From Trypanosoma brucei (lineage: Eukaryota), in assembly GCA_000002445.1 (NCBI GenBank), contig CP000066.1:1280001-1344000 (forward strand): DNA of 64,000 nucleotides, read 5' to 3'. This document shows, piece by piece, positions 12,701 through 22,866 of this stretch (position 1 is the stretch's first letter; each line of letters begins with the position of its first letter). The notes under the pieces were generated by a model that saw only the letters and a list, made by a program, of their open reading frames with translations, did no database searches and was not told the DNA's origin. Both the position numbers and the translations under genes were made by a program.

Positions 12701-13015
12701 GCAAATAACCTTCTGGTGGGTTTGCGGTACTCGGAAGATGCCATCATACAACAACAGCTGTATGTCGGCAACAGCTTGAGCGACGTCACCGTCCGCTTTG
12801 TCATCAATTTTATTAACAATATAGTTCTTCGCGTAAATAAGGGCTGATAGACTTTGTTCCGCCGGTAATGCCGGGTCCGTCCCAGCGCGGATCAAAGTCA
12901 CCAAATGGAACGGAGCTTGCGGGGACTCCAAGGCTTGCTCCAACTGGTCCGTGGCCGCCGTGCGCTCCTCCTTTGCACCACCGTATGCAACCGATAAGAG
13001 TTGTAGGATATTCAT
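9776..13015 (-). CDS. Importin-beta superfamily nuclear transport receptor (importin-7/8, Nmd5/Sxm1-like), about 1079 aa
   Basis: The N-terminus MNILQLLSVAYGG...AATDQLEQA...LIRAG...ALIYAKNYI resembles an importin N-terminal (IBN_N) domain. Length and HEAT-like helical composition fit. There is an acidic DEDEDVEGG stretch near the C-terminus, as in importin-7. The ORF track extends 33 codons further upstream, but the start was chosen at the internal Met (cat at 13013-13015), where the family-typical N-terminus begins. Confidence 0.65.
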   Translation of the reverse strand: MNILQLLSVAYGGAKEERTAATDQLEQALESPQAPFHLVTLIRAGTDPALPAEQSLSALIYAKNYIVNKIDDKADGDVAQAVADIQLLLYDGIFRVPQTHQKVICTCISTLISLFQWNYVHKLMPEIICSRDGITADRSIASLRLLYVFVKRYKTPNLVPMGDKLEVCSALITALTPFLSYGDFQVDHMVLKIMECVVEAVLQVKRDHNIPANVFDDWFSTMVTYPERHFAAANDAAAGGSQKVYESYVRCVKRIAMISYSIMNDATKKKSPQPVAKHFLETHAQAFLEVWPRWLEYSATSKARSQHQSTDIAAMRYLKLCTFDENLYRKCLLPRLLQVVESSLFPYLCCNEEDEAVFANADDISDFAQYMLEGTFEDGEVSTRVTASNTIVAFIKGNKDYQENLLPQMLNVITVGLSRGDTSETFAQTFGFLHLFSALRKYLRSDREVWNTQVAQFLVSFVAPRMLPTAFCIPLRFKATTTYQRYVRAPMRTEDFDSFFQLLSSLLQDPDARIRLGVIDVMCSLVEMKRVWPYIKNVLVPLVEECLGFLNRVHTTLVPTMLLFLVENFSPELKPVLHKLGAALVNVFLATAFDMAHQEEAMDENALQDYWSADMSACALLDALQNVLEASANDSQVFKSIMPDVVRLIRAVMERPDNYEFMEKTLGIWLIVVNNAKPITRECWDLLPLLFKSIDSGIGVDFFGLIEEVLDNYISNEAAEYVQNTALMEATFGACEKILFQAVCGVSDKVGVPQLVEALLHQSKHCEAVPGLFDAYLPRFVLLLLRALADKNAHEGEVRLRVWIVVAVMDAFYYNAAATLHIIMENSAYSQFFDSLFNFFRAAINPPQKTKGKKKRGSGGKNADEEVVENLSLLTRKVLALGLISLLQYLTSTSCVTFQSSINLTSFQPYLRQTVALIQHCIFANHTQLVPRCRISEEKITNIRLGVESEEAEEIDVEDEDVLGIDDFSDGGSNVDDCTLDSDDEDEDVEGGVDEGDNYMSPIDDVCEVTLFIQWMVHAQQALGDEFTQQLGRSVPLKTMEEYTAAEATARRYRELVRELNSAMEEDYKVRSAAAAQTQ

Positions 13016-13530
13016 TTGGCGGACCTTTACAAACGCAAACACACCTACTGCTCGAAGTGGTGGGAAAAATAAATAGGAAGGAGGAGGTGAAAGGCATGTG
13101 AGGTCACGAAGCAAAAGACGAGGTAACTGCGGAGTTCTTTGGGGCGTCCGCTGCCTTACTTCTTACCATTTTTTGTTTGTTTTTGTGACTACATTACAGC
13201 CCCAGTGAAGGGTACAGATCGGTGCATTACGGCTCGTTGCCTCCTCACGCCTTTTATGTGCTAGGCAAATCAATTACGTTGCCTGTTCTTTTTTTTGTTC
13301 GTGTCTGAGACCGTGAAGACATCGCCAGTAACGAAGAGCTAAACAATCAAAAGGATAGTAATAGTAGTACAGGTAACAACAAAGAGGCGAAGGAATTGAG
13401 CGGCTGTATGCGCATACGACCTCAAACACCACCAGTGATGGGATGCAGCGAAAAAAAAAAAGGAAGCACATGCGCACCTGATAGGTAAAAAAAAAAATGA
13501 CAAGAGTCTATTTTCTGTGTTGCTTCGTGC

Positions 13531-16500
13531 CTACAGGATAACGTTTGGTGTACCGGCAGTAATGAAAGTAGCTACTTTCCCAGCGTTGATGAACGGAGAA
13601 GTTCCTTTTGGATCGGCAGGGTTGAAAGGTACAAGTGTTCGGTTCGCGTCTTTCGGAATGGCCGCAGCAAATCGGCGCCTCCCAAAACCACTAGACGCAG
13701 TCACTTGTTGTTTGCTTGCCGTGTAAGCTGTTCGTGCTGATTTCACACCCTTTTCTTCCGATTCCACGTTGGGACGCCAGCCGAGGCAGCTGTGCGAACT
13801 CTCCAACGTGGCGAAATGCCCGACGCTCGCACCGGGGCTGTTGGGTGGGCTCTGACGCGGGTAGCCGGTAGAGAGTGACGACATATTCGCACTGACAGGG
13901 TGTGGGGGGCTGCTACCCCTGGGTGTTTCTTCGATTTTCTTCACTAAGGAAGGCAGTGCTACACAGGTATTAATCCTCACGACGTTGACTTTTTCTTCCT
14001 GCTTTGGTGATGCAACTGGTGATGGTTTTACCATGCATGGGGGTAAGATGTGGGTGTTCCTCACTACTTCGATTTCTATTTTCTGGTTAGGTTTCAGGAG
14101 TGGCACAACAACTACTTGATCGGCTGTCTTGGGAAGACGGACCATTACCGTTGGGCCTCCTGCAGCTGAATTCTCACAGAAAAAGAACGGCACCGCTGAT
14201 GTTTCCTTCATGCAGTCCACTGCACGACTAAATCCTTCGCGAGTCATGAGCTTCCGTTGCCTCATGTCAGCCAGCCATCGAAGCAGTGCGATGACATCTT
14301 CAACACTTGCCTCTAGCTCACCCGCCTCACTGGAACTGCCGCACGGCTCTCCGGCTTGTGTCTCCGTGCGAGCCGTCGTTGGAGTCGCGAGAGAGAACAC
14401 CTCAGTTTCTTTGGGTCCGGTTACATCTCCCCATGGGGGGTCGAAAACATTGGCTTCACCCGCGAACACCTCGTTTTGAAGTGCTCCAAGCATCGCCCTG
14501 CCATTTTCAGAAAGCTGACCCACAGGTTTCCAAAACGTTGCGCCGCTTTCCCACCCTTGACTTTCCCCAGATCGTGAGAGAATATCCCCTGGAGGGTACA
14601 GAGGGTAGCCTTTCCCCTCTCCACAAGTTTGGTTTCTTAACTTCCCCGCCTGCTTCAGCTTTAGCGGCTCAGCAGCATCATGCGGCACATGCTCGCGGTT
14701 GGCTTTTGGATACGTAGCCGATGGGGCGTCCGCTTCACGGCGGGAAGGCGTGCTGCGTTCCTTGTCCTTTAGTACCCCAATCGAGAGCTGCGGAACAGTA
14801 ACATTCTTATTTCCACGAGCAAAGTCCTGTGACCTCTCATTCGGTGAAGCGAAGGATCCCTTCTCGCCACTGAATGGAATCGTTCGCGACTCCTTCACAA
14901 GGTGGTCTTTAGCTCTGTCAGCGGACGGTGACAGCCCACCCTTACCCTCGCCCTCTCGCGTAACTGCGCGACTTGACATTGCGTGGCCCATCCGATTCAG
15001 CAGTAATGAGCCATCAGCAGCCCCAGCACAAGTCGTATTTCCAACGGCACGCCCCGAAGCACCTGTGCGGAGTCCCTCGCGACTGCCCACCGACAGACCG
15101 CACGTATAACTCTCGGATGCGGCCGTGCTCGTCCAACCGCTAAGCCCATCATGCGGAACTTCCACGCCAGGCTCCGTTGGTCTCTTCGTGATTCCAAGCA
15201 ACGAAACCTTGCTGGGCTGTCCGCTAGCATTGGCATGCAGTTGCTTCTCACCTAATGCTGGACGACTTGTCGACGCCCGTGTTGGTGGACCCTCGGCGAT
15301 CGTCGTACTCCCGCCTTTGGGTGCTCCTCCATCACCCACAGTAGCTGAAATTTCCGCAGTTTTTTCGGATAGCATGCTTTCATTTTCTTTCCCACCCTCC
15401 CTGCGTGAAATTTTATTGAAGGTCTGTGTCTCCTCAGCGCTGTAGTTATTGTCTTTTCTACCCCGACGTGCCGTTCCGGATACGGGGTACACCTTCTTCT
15501 TGACGAACTTCTTCTCGGCTCGCCCCTTCTTTGAAATCCTCTTTGTTTGCTGTGCTGCTCCTGAATGCACCACAAACTGATCTACTGAGCACCTTGGAGC
15601 ACCTTCGCGCCCGGTTCTGCCACTTGGCGCTGTACGAGCCCCCATTGCTTCCCCTGCTGAGTCTGCAGGAAGTAACTGACGCTTGGTTTCGCTCTCTCGC
15701 ACCGCACGGGGCCTGGTTGAGTCAAGTTGTTTCTTCATATCCCCGCTCTGATCCATCATCATAGCCCTTAGCCCCACGTGTTCCTTGGGTCCCTTTTGGT
15801 AGCTGCCTGTTCCAAGGGCACCTTTGCTGTCGTTTTTCGCCAAATCAACTGGCGCGCTCCTGGCCACATTTTTGTTGGGCTTGCCGTCGAAGCGGTGATC
15901 ATCTGCGCCAAGAAATTCACCACACGGCAACGGTGAAGGATTTCTGTTGGAGTTCCGGCTAAAGGACAGCTGTCCAAGAAGGCTAAAATTCAGGGTTACA
16001 TTTTTCAGTAGGTCCCGATCCGGCCGCGATCCTGATGTTATACGCTCACCTTGGCTTTCACAGGATCCGTTGAATTCCGGCATCCCCCTTCTCGTAGACG
16101 CGCTCTCTACTCCAAATTCAGTCAGATATATATCGTTCCCCAGCGTGGTACCACTAAGTTCTTCTGCATCTCCATTATAGTGAGATAGATGTGACGGATC
16201 GAAAGAAGGCGCAGAACAGCTATCTCCTTCAATCCCCATGAATCCTCCTGAGGGTGTTGGGTATCTCGGGCGTTCGCTGCCAGCCGGCGTGGTGCCCTCT
16301 TCCTTTCCTTTCCCACCTGGCACCGGACTGCGTCCAACATTGATGGCTGCGAGACTTTTCCTACGTGTCCTCCGTCTCTTCTTTGATTGCATGGCAACAC
16401 TACTTCTTCTCCTCAAATCCGCCTCTCGATTCCTCCTCGCTACTGTGCTCAAACCCATTGTGCGAACAAACGTTTCCGGTGGGCCGCGCCTTGGGGGCCC

Positions 16501-19500
16501 GCGCTGCTGCACTTCCACATTGGTACTGTATAGCGGTGGGGAAGGACGTCTAGGTGCCCTTTCCAAACCTTTTTCTACATGCCTCGCCGATAGTTGTGGG
16601 TCCTCGGTCACGGCTTCCAAGTGCTCCTCGAGAGGTATTTGGAGCATTGTCTCATCTTCGCTCTTGGAAGCGCCCAAGTCTGCACTGGGATCGGGGCCAG
16701 GTCCCCAACCACTAGCAGTGTCCTGATGCTTATCCAATGGATCACGAACTCTTTCTGAAGAACCCACCACGCTCGTAACGTGAGAATTACTCATCCATGT
16801 GCCTTGGTCCTCTTCGCGATCACTGGTTAGCTGATGGCTCTCTTTTTTGTCAGATTGCAGTTTCTTCATTTGAGATATACCCTCATCGACACCAAGCAAC
16901 ATGTTACTGTTATACGTTTGGCTAGCTGCGCTACCGGTGGTGGGACGATTCTCCTCTTCAACTATCAGCGTGATGTTGCTCCCCTCTAACCACGACTGTA
17001 GCTCATTCACAATATCTTCCGGGGCACGGGATATATCGTTGTCGGGGGTGAACTCATAAGGTGGTATCTTCCTTCTCCTTCCGGCCCCCCTCCCGACTAC
17101 CGGGGCTCGTTTCTGCTTCACATCGGCCTGTGCCCCCTCACCTCCCGGCGTTTTTTCATCTGTACCCCTGTTGGCCCTTGACATCTGTGGCTGAACCCCG
17201 CCTTGTTCCCCGCCCTCGGCCTGATCTCCCTCTTTCTCATCGTCTTCCACTGTGTTCAAACTCTCTCGTATAACTGGGGGAAGGGTTGCTGCGCTTGGCA
17301 TCCCCCTCAAATCATTTCTTGTCCAAGCCGGTGCTGCCCGCAACCACTTCGCGAGGGTGGTTAGAAACCTTTCCTCCACAGCGGCGTGATTCCCCACCCT
17401 CTTGCCCGACTTCTCCCCGATGGAAGTAGCCTCAATATGTTTGGAATTCTCTATAACCACATTATTTGCACCGGCAAGAATACCACCATTTTCGATTGGT
17501 TGCACAAAGGCATTTTCTCTCATAACGCCACCCGCGTGGCTCATAATTTTCACAGCCGCCTTATCATGCGAGTCAAAAGTGTTTCCATCCATCGTCGGTG
17601 CACATTCAGCGAGCAGTACGACCCCATAAATACCCCGTAGGAATTTGTTCCCACTAAGTTTTGTACTGCATTCGGAACCCAGTGACACGGAGGTATTCCC
17701 CGAACTAAATAGACACTCTTCTACAACGCCGTTCCCAACGGAGCACAACAGCGGAGATGAGCTCTTATCCGTACCAATGATTTCGCAGTGCGAGAAGACT
17801 GGTTCGGCGTGCTTGTTCAGCGTTACCATCCCCGGTTGAGCACTTGAACGGGCGAAGAAGAAGCAGTCGTGAAAGGCGGTTTTTGCGTGCTGGCACGCCT
17901 CTACTGCCCTGAGGCAGCGCAAGAAGATGCAGTTCACAATACGGCCTCCAGCACGCTCACCGGCAAAGAGGCCAAGGCTTAGCCCACTAAAATACGATTC
18001 ACACACCATCGACTGGGACACGCCCTCCAAGGCCACCCCTCTTCCCTTAGATCCAATGAACAGCGACCTGTAAATAATGACAGCGGCTTGCTCACCCAAC
18101 GTGACTGCGGTACCGGCTTCCGAGCAGAAGCAGTTATACGCCAATATGCATTGACCTCGGGCTATTTGTTGGGACGCGCAGACATCAGCAGTACCACTGT
18201 TAAGGAACAGACAGGTCACGACATGCGCCGTGGTCTCTTTCCCTATCTGCACACCAACATCGTTTCCGTCAAATGTATTCTTATTAACTATAACCACACT
18301 CCCCGTGGATTCTAGGAACACACCGCACACATTCTTGATAAACCGGTTGCTCGCGAAATGTCCTATTCCACCGTCGCACACAGACACTGCTCTGCTGTTA
18401 CTGCTATCCTGTTGCTTGAAGATGTTTTCTACCACAACAGGATGTGCCCCCGTTGTTACCATTATGCCACATTTCTTGTTACCACTGAACTCATTTCGCC
18501 ACACTTTGGTTTTGGCTTCAGTCTCACAGAGGCACCCACATGTATTCTCCTCGAGGATGTTACCCGCAACGACGCCACAACACCCTGGGCTACGCATCGT
18601 AACTGCCGTTCCACATTTGCGGAAGACGTTGTTGTAAACGTAGACTCTAGGCGACTCTTCCATGACAATCCCGCTTGTAGCCTGCTCAAAAATATTATTC
18701 TGCACACAAGTGAGCACATTCTCAGTGGATATGTGAACACTTTTTTTTGAACTATCCTTGAAGCAGTTGTCGCGTATTTGAACCTCACCCCTATCTCCCC
18801 CAACCGTGATTCCACAGTTTCCATCACGAAGAAAACGGGACCTATGCACCTCCACGTATTGCGGACTTGTTATAATCACTCCTTGCAGGTTGCCTATGAA
18901 AACGCAACCCTCGGCGTCCACCCTTCCATATTCCTCCACGCAAATCGCCTTTCTTGAGGTTTCAAATGTGGTCGCCACTATGTGCACCAGCGGGCCTTGT
19001 CCCACCTCCACACTCGCCTTAGTGCTATTGTCAAACATGCAGTTTTCTACAAGTATTCTGCTTTCATCAGATGCAGGTGCATTCCAGTGACACGAGAGAC
19101 CTATTCCGTTGTCTTTAAGCACGCATCGTGAAAGATGGGAATCAATGAAGCCACTGTCACTAGGAGAAGATTCAGGATGCGTAAACATGGCAGCGACGCC
19201 CATATATCGTAGAATGCATTTCACCATACTGACAGCCGATTCCACACGCACACCAACGCCTGCACCCTCTAAAACGCAGCTGTGCAACTCAGGTATACAG
19301 CCTCCCGCAGCGATGACATTCGCCTCTTTGTTGTTTTCTAGCTGACAGAGCGAGATATGTGGACGGAGGTTCCCTTGGTAATCGTTCCCACTGCAGAGTA
19401 TTCCGCTGCACTCGTTACCGCTGATGCAACAGCTTTCCAATGTTACACTGGATTGAAGCACAATTCCGCTGCCTTTATTATCGAATATTTCGCAGTTTTT

Positions 19501-22500
19501 AACTTTCACGAGCGCCACATCATCACTATCATCGCCCGCTTCGTCTGCAGTAATCTCCACACCGTGGCTCTCCGAGTTTTGTATGGTGATGAACGTGACT
19601 TCTGCTTCCTTTGAAAGTCTTGCGGGAAGAAGAACGCCACGGCCCCTCGATCCACTTACTTGTACCGCCTGCAGGATCGTTCGGCTGCCATGCTCTGCCA
19701 CAATCCCTGTTGTGCACTCCTGAACGGTTGACTTCGTGATTTCACCAACACTCTGGGACATGTACCATACCCCTGCGTTCTCACAACGACTAATTGTGAG
19801 ATCTCTAAAAGTCGCCCACCTGAGTATGCTGCCACCGAGTTCAACATCAATAATCCTATTGCTGCCTCCACTCGTGTGAGTTTCTGTTGGACACTCTTCA
19901 ACTAACGCCTGCGCCTCACTGTCCAATTCCTGTATTGCCATTGTCTCTTCGTCAGCTGGTGACGCAAACAGCACTCCAATTGCGCACTTCTCCACGGTTA
20001 CCCGTTCCGCCAAAAGCCGTGCAGCCGTAGAAGCGAGAAATCCAGCTCTCGAACATTTTGTGATGTCACACCTATTCATGCGCACCACAGCACCGCTTTT
20101 CACGACAACACCAACACCTTTCTCCGCAATGCCCGCACCGATCCTGCACTTTTCGAAGTACAGCGTGGTATCACAATCACCGGCCACAACGCCCTCCTCG
20201 CATTCGTCTCCTCCAATGGTACAGCTGAGGAACAGCGCACTCCCTTCTCTCACCGATCTGGAGAAAGAAGTTTCCCTGATGCGTTCACCCTCCCCGGGAA
20301 TCGCCACAACACCCTGACGCTGCTGTGCAATAAAGCAGTCCTTGAAGCTAACATTGTCCGGCTGCCTGAGCAGCACGCCCTTTCCATTACGGTTAATGAC
20401 ACACTGCTCTAATGAACAAGCACCGTTTTCTAATATAGCGACTCCAGCCACGCCACACTTCTCAACAGTGGCCTGAACAACTGTAGCATTGGGAGAGGGG
20501 CCTGCAACAACAATACCGTACTTTTGGCAGGCATTAACTTTTACAGTGTCGAGTGACACCATTGTCCCCCGCGTAAATGTAATCCCTATGCTGCAATTCA
20601 ACACCTGGATATCGTTGACTTTGTCGGAAGCCCCGAACTTGGCAAGCACTCCCGTCTTGCACCCACTGATAATGAGTCGACTCAAAGTACCCTCTGCACA
20701 AAGATTCAAACCGACTGCCGAATCAGATATCGTGTTCTTTCGTACTACTACGGGTGTATGCGACTCACAAGAAACGCCAAAATCTCTACATGAGTTAATG
20801 CTATTTTCTTCGACAACGCCCTTGGCCGCTCCTGTATACTGGATGCCGTGGCCAACCCGATTCATGTGGCACTTTACAACCCTGCAATGCGTTTCGGCTC
20901 CGTCAGCATTGACAACACCACTCCTACAATCCGTAAACGTGCACCCCTCGATGAGTGCCTCAGCGCCTGTCCCTGCCTGAATACAAGTAGCGGAACAGTC
21001 GCGCATATGGTTACTGCTTATGGTAGCGGTGCCCATTTCGAAGGCGTATACTCCTGGTCCCGTCAAGCCACGGAAGTTATTACCAACAACCGTACATTCG
21101 CTTCCCGGACCCGCCACGACAACGCCGTAGCGAGAAATTGCTACATCATTTCCCCGCACATGAGCTGTACTTTGTTTCTTCACGTAAATGACCTCCCGCA
21201 TGGAACCTAAGTTGTTTTTTTCAATAGTTGCCCTCGAGCCTTCTTCTACAAGTACACCTTCCTTTTGGCTAATCAGCAGGGAGTTACCAACGAGATGGCA
21301 GTTGCTGCGGCCCGTTACCACAACGGAGGCGCCGCCGCTTCCTTTCAATGTATTTCTGCTAAGTGTTGCCTGACTTGACTCTTCAATAACAATGTGATGC
21401 ACGGACACATCCTTAATGGAACTGTTCTCCAGGACGAGCCGGCTTCCTCCCGACATTGTAATCGCTGTCGCCATCCTCGACACTTTCACCCCTCGGATGA
21501 CTACATTTGAGTTATCTTGTATAAAAATACCGTACATACTTTCATTGAACCCAGAGACAAGGTTGTCGTCGATAACCACCGAACCATGATTGCAGATAGA
21601 GAATCCGGTGACGCTATTTCTGGAGAGCACATTTTGTGTAACAACACTTCCCGTACAGTCTCCGACAAAAGCCATACCTGTTGATGACTCTGCTACATTA
21701 CATTCGTTAACCTTAACCGCTGAACGATCAATGACAAACCCATAATAAGAGTTCCACTGCAAATTACATCTACATATTGAGACACATGGACCAATGGCAT
21801 CCTCACCATCGCCACCGCTGCTCTCTTCACGTACATGGGTGGTGCGTGCGTAAATTCCAGCACCACAGCCCTGAACATCATTTCCATCGACTGTAACTGT
21901 AGAGTCCCCGCCCACAACAATACCCCAGGCACTACAGTTGCCTATGCGGTTGCCACAAAAGCACTCGGGGGAGAGTCTGCAGTCGTTAATACGGAACCCT
22001 GTTACACCATTAGACAACATATTGGACACCATAACAGGGTGGGCATTGTGAACCACACGCACCAGAGCCGCACCTTCGGGTGCGACCCTCTTCAGCAAAA
22101 CTTGAAGTGAGTGCGTGGGTACTTGATCCACCTGAGAATTACTGGCCGCCTCCCCACCGCCAGTAATAATGTTGTCATGAAATAACACCTCCGTCGTCCC
22201 AGAGAGACGCCCACTCATGTGCACAACCACGCCGCTCCGCCCTTTGGTTTCACTAATACGATTGTGGCGTACGATCGGCTTTCCTGCCGTGTCGAAATAG
22301 AGGCTCTCACCCTCGTGGTCAAAGATGTGATTATGCTCATAAATCCCGCTGCCGTTTCCAATGACAGAAATTCCAACCCCATGGCGCGAGCTGTGAATAC
22401 GGCAGTGCGATACATGCGGTTTGGAGTCATTTTTTACATACAGAGAAGTCATATCGCATTCTTCAATGCGCGGGTTGCCCCGTTTAACTACAACAGCTTG

Positions 22501-22866
22501 ATTTTCCGAAGCACGATTTCCCTTCGCTGTGATATTCAGGCCGTGCAAAATGATCGGCCCATCCACGTCAACTACCAAGCAAGGGCCCACAGAAACAATG
22601 GTGGGAGGCTCCGCATCCTTTGCACCGCACAATTCTAGTGGATGCTTTATGGTGATGTTTTCGAAGTACGTGCCACTTTCCACCACAATGCGGTCATATG
22701 GGCGGGAAGCAAGAATTGCGTCAGTGATCTGGTGGAACGCCGCCGTGACGGTTTTACCCACACGAATTTGTCGTGTCTCAAGGCCGTGAAGCGCACTTAT
22801 AACGCGTGGATAATCGGAATCTGCGACAAGAGTCATTGTGTGGTGAGCGAAGGAAGAAAAAACCAA
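13531..22866 (-). CDS. Giant (3111 aa) parallel beta-helix (PbH1/CASH-like) repeat protein. The first 1900 aa or so are beta-solenoid repeats, followed by about 1000 aa of Ser/Gly/Pro/Arg/Lys-rich disorder and a short, apparently structured C-terminal segment.
   Basis: Single 9.3-kb ORF. Dozens of 22-25 residue repeats show the N-x-I/V-x-x-N...G-I/V signature of right-handed beta-helix repeats (e.g. NNIFEQATSGIVMEE, VYNNVFRKCGTAVTM, VENIFKQQDSSNSRAV). The tail is an RS/SP/TP-rich low-complexity region. An alternative start, MTLVADS, lies at 22836. Confidence 0.75.
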   Translation of the reverse strand: MVFSSFAHHTMTLVADSDYPRVISALHGLETRQIRVGKTVTAAFHQITDAILASRPYDRIVVESGTYFENITIKHPLELCGAKDAEPPTIVSVGPCLVVDVDGPIILHGLNITAKGNRASENQAVVVKRGNPRIEECDMTSLYVKNDSKPHVSHCRIHSSRHGVGISVIGNGSGIYEHNHIFDHEGESLYFDTAGKPIVRHNRISETKGRSGVVVHMSGRLSGTTEVLFHDNIITGGGEAASNSQVDQVPTHSLQVLLKRVAPEGAALVRVVHNAHPVMVSNMLSNGVTGFRINDCRLSPECFCGNRIGNCSAWGIVVGGDSTVTVDGNDVQGCGAGIYARTTHVREESSGGDGEDAIGPCVSICRCNLQWNSYYGFVIDRSAVKVNECNVAESSTGMAFVGDCTGSVVTQNVLSRNSVTGFSICNHGSVVIDDNLVSGFNESMYGIFIQDNSNVVIRGVKVSRMATAITMSGGSRLVLENSSIKDVSVHHIVIEESSQATLSRNTLKGSGGASVVVTGRSNCHLVGNSLLISQKEGVLVEEGSRATIEKNNLGSMREVIYVKKQSTAHVRGNDVAISRYGVVVAGPGSECTVVGNNFRGLTGPGVYAFEMGTATISSNHMRDCSATCIQAGTGAEALIEGCTFTDCRSGVVNADGAETHCRVVKCHMNRVGHGIQYTGAAKGVVEENSINSCRDFGVSCESHTPVVVRKNTISDSAVGLNLCAEGTLSRLIISGCKTGVLAKFGASDKVNDIQVLNCSIGITFTRGTMVSLDTVKVNACQKYGIVVAGPSPNATVVQATVEKCGVAGVAILENGACSLEQCVINRNGKGVLLRQPDNVSFKDCFIAQQRQGVVAIPGEGERIRETSFSRSVREGSALFLSCTIGGDECEEGVVAGDCDTTLYFEKCRIGAGIAEKGVGVVVKSGAVVRMNRCDITKCSRAGFLASTAARLLAERVTVEKCAIGVLFASPADEETMAIQELDSEAQALVEECPTETHTSGGSNRIIDVELGGSILRWATFRDLTISRCENAGVWYMSQSVGEITKSTVQECTTGIVAEHGSRTILQAVQVSGSRGRGVLLPARLSKEAEVTFITIQNSESHGVEITADEAGDDSDDVALVKVKNCEIFDNKGSGIVLQSSVTLESCCISGNECSGILCSGNDYQGNLRPHISLCQLENNKEANVIAAGGCIPELHSCVLEGAGVGVRVESAVSMVKCILRYMGVAAMFTHPESSPSDSGFIDSHLSRCVLKDNGIGLSCHWNAPASDESRILVENCMFDNSTKASVEVGQGPLVHIVATTFETSRKAICVEEYGRVDAEGCVFIGNLQGVIITSPQYVEVHRSRFLRDGNCGITVGGDRGEVQIRDNCFKDSSKKSVHISTENVLTCVQNNIFEQATSGIVMEESPRVYVYNNVFRKCGTAVTMRSPGCCGVVAGNILEENTCGCLCETEAKTKVWRNEFSGNKKCGIMVTTGAHPVVVENIFKQQDSSNSRAVSVCDGGIGHFASNRFIKNVCGVFLESTGSVVIVNKNTFDGNDVGVQIGKETTAHVVTCLFLNSGTADVCASQQIARGQCILAYNCFCSEAGTAVTLGEQAAVIIYRSLFIGSKGRGVALEGVSQSMVCESYFSGLSLGLFAGERAGGRIVNCIFLRCLRAVEACQHAKTAFHDCFFFARSSAQPGMVTLNKHAEPVFSHCEIIGTDKSSSPLLCSVGNGVVEECLFSSGNTSVSLGSECSTKLSGNKFLRGIYGVVLLAECAPTMDGNTFDSHDKAAVKIMSHAGGVMRENAFVQPIENGGILAGANNVVIENSKHIEATSIGEKSGKRVGNHAAVEERFLTTLAKWLRAAPAWTRNDLRGMPSAATLPPVIRESLNTVEDDEKEGDQAEGGEQGGVQPQMSRANRGTDEKTPGGEGAQADVKQKRAPVVGRGAGRRRKIPPYEFTPDNDISRAPEDIVNELQSWLEGSNITLIVEEENRPTTGSAASQTYNSNMLLGVDEGISQMKKLQSDKKESHQLTSDREEDQGTWMSNSHVTSVVGSSERVRDPLDKHQDTASGWGPGPDPSADLGASKSEDETMLQIPLEEHLEAVTEDPQLSARHVEKGLERAPRRPSPPLYSTNVEVQQRGPPRRGPPETFVRTMGLSTVARRNREADLRRRSSVAMQSKKRRRTRRKSLAAINVGRSPVPGGKGKEEGTTPAGSERPRYPTPSGGFMGIEGDSCSAPSFDPSHLSHYNGDAEELSGTTLGNDIYLTEFGVESASTRRGMPEFNGSCESQGERITSGSRPDRDLLKNVTLNFSLLGQLSFSRNSNRNPSPLPCGEFLGADDHRFDGKPNKNVARSAPVDLAKNDSKGALGTGSYQKGPKEHVGLRAMMMDQSGDMKKQLDSTRPRAVRESETKRQLLPADSAGEAMGARTAPSGRTGREGAPRCSVDQFVVHSGAAQQTKRISKKGRAEKKFVKKKVYPVSGTARRGRKDNNYSAEETQTFNKISRREGGKENESMLSEKTAEISATVGDGGAPKGGSTTIAEGPPTRASTSRPALGEKQLHANASGQPSKVSLLGITKRPTEPGVEVPHDGLSGWTSTAASESYTCGLSVGSREGLRTGASGRAVGNTTCAGAADGSLLLNRMGHAMSSRAVTREGEGKGGLSPSADRAKDHLVKESRTIPFSGEKGSFASPNERSQDFARGNKNVTVPQLSIGVLKDKERSTPSRREADAPSATYPKANREHVPHDAAEPLKLKQAGKLRNQTCGEGKGYPLYPPGDILSRSGESQGWESGATFWKPVGQLSENGRAMLGALQNEVFAGEANVFDPPWGDVTGPKETEVFSLATPTTARTETQAGEPCGSSSEAGELEASVEDVIALLRWLADMRQRKLMTREGFSRAVDCMKETSAVPFFFCENSAAGGPTVMVRLPKTADQVVVVPLLKPNQKIEIEVVRNTHILPPCMVKPSPVASPKQEEKVNVVRINTCVALPSLVKKIEETPRGSSPPHPVSANMSSLSTGYPRQSPPNSPGASVGHFATLESSHSCLGWRPNVESEEKGVKSARTAYTASKQQVTASSGFGRRRFAAAIPKDANRTLVPFNPADPKGTSPFINAGKVATFITAGTPNVIL

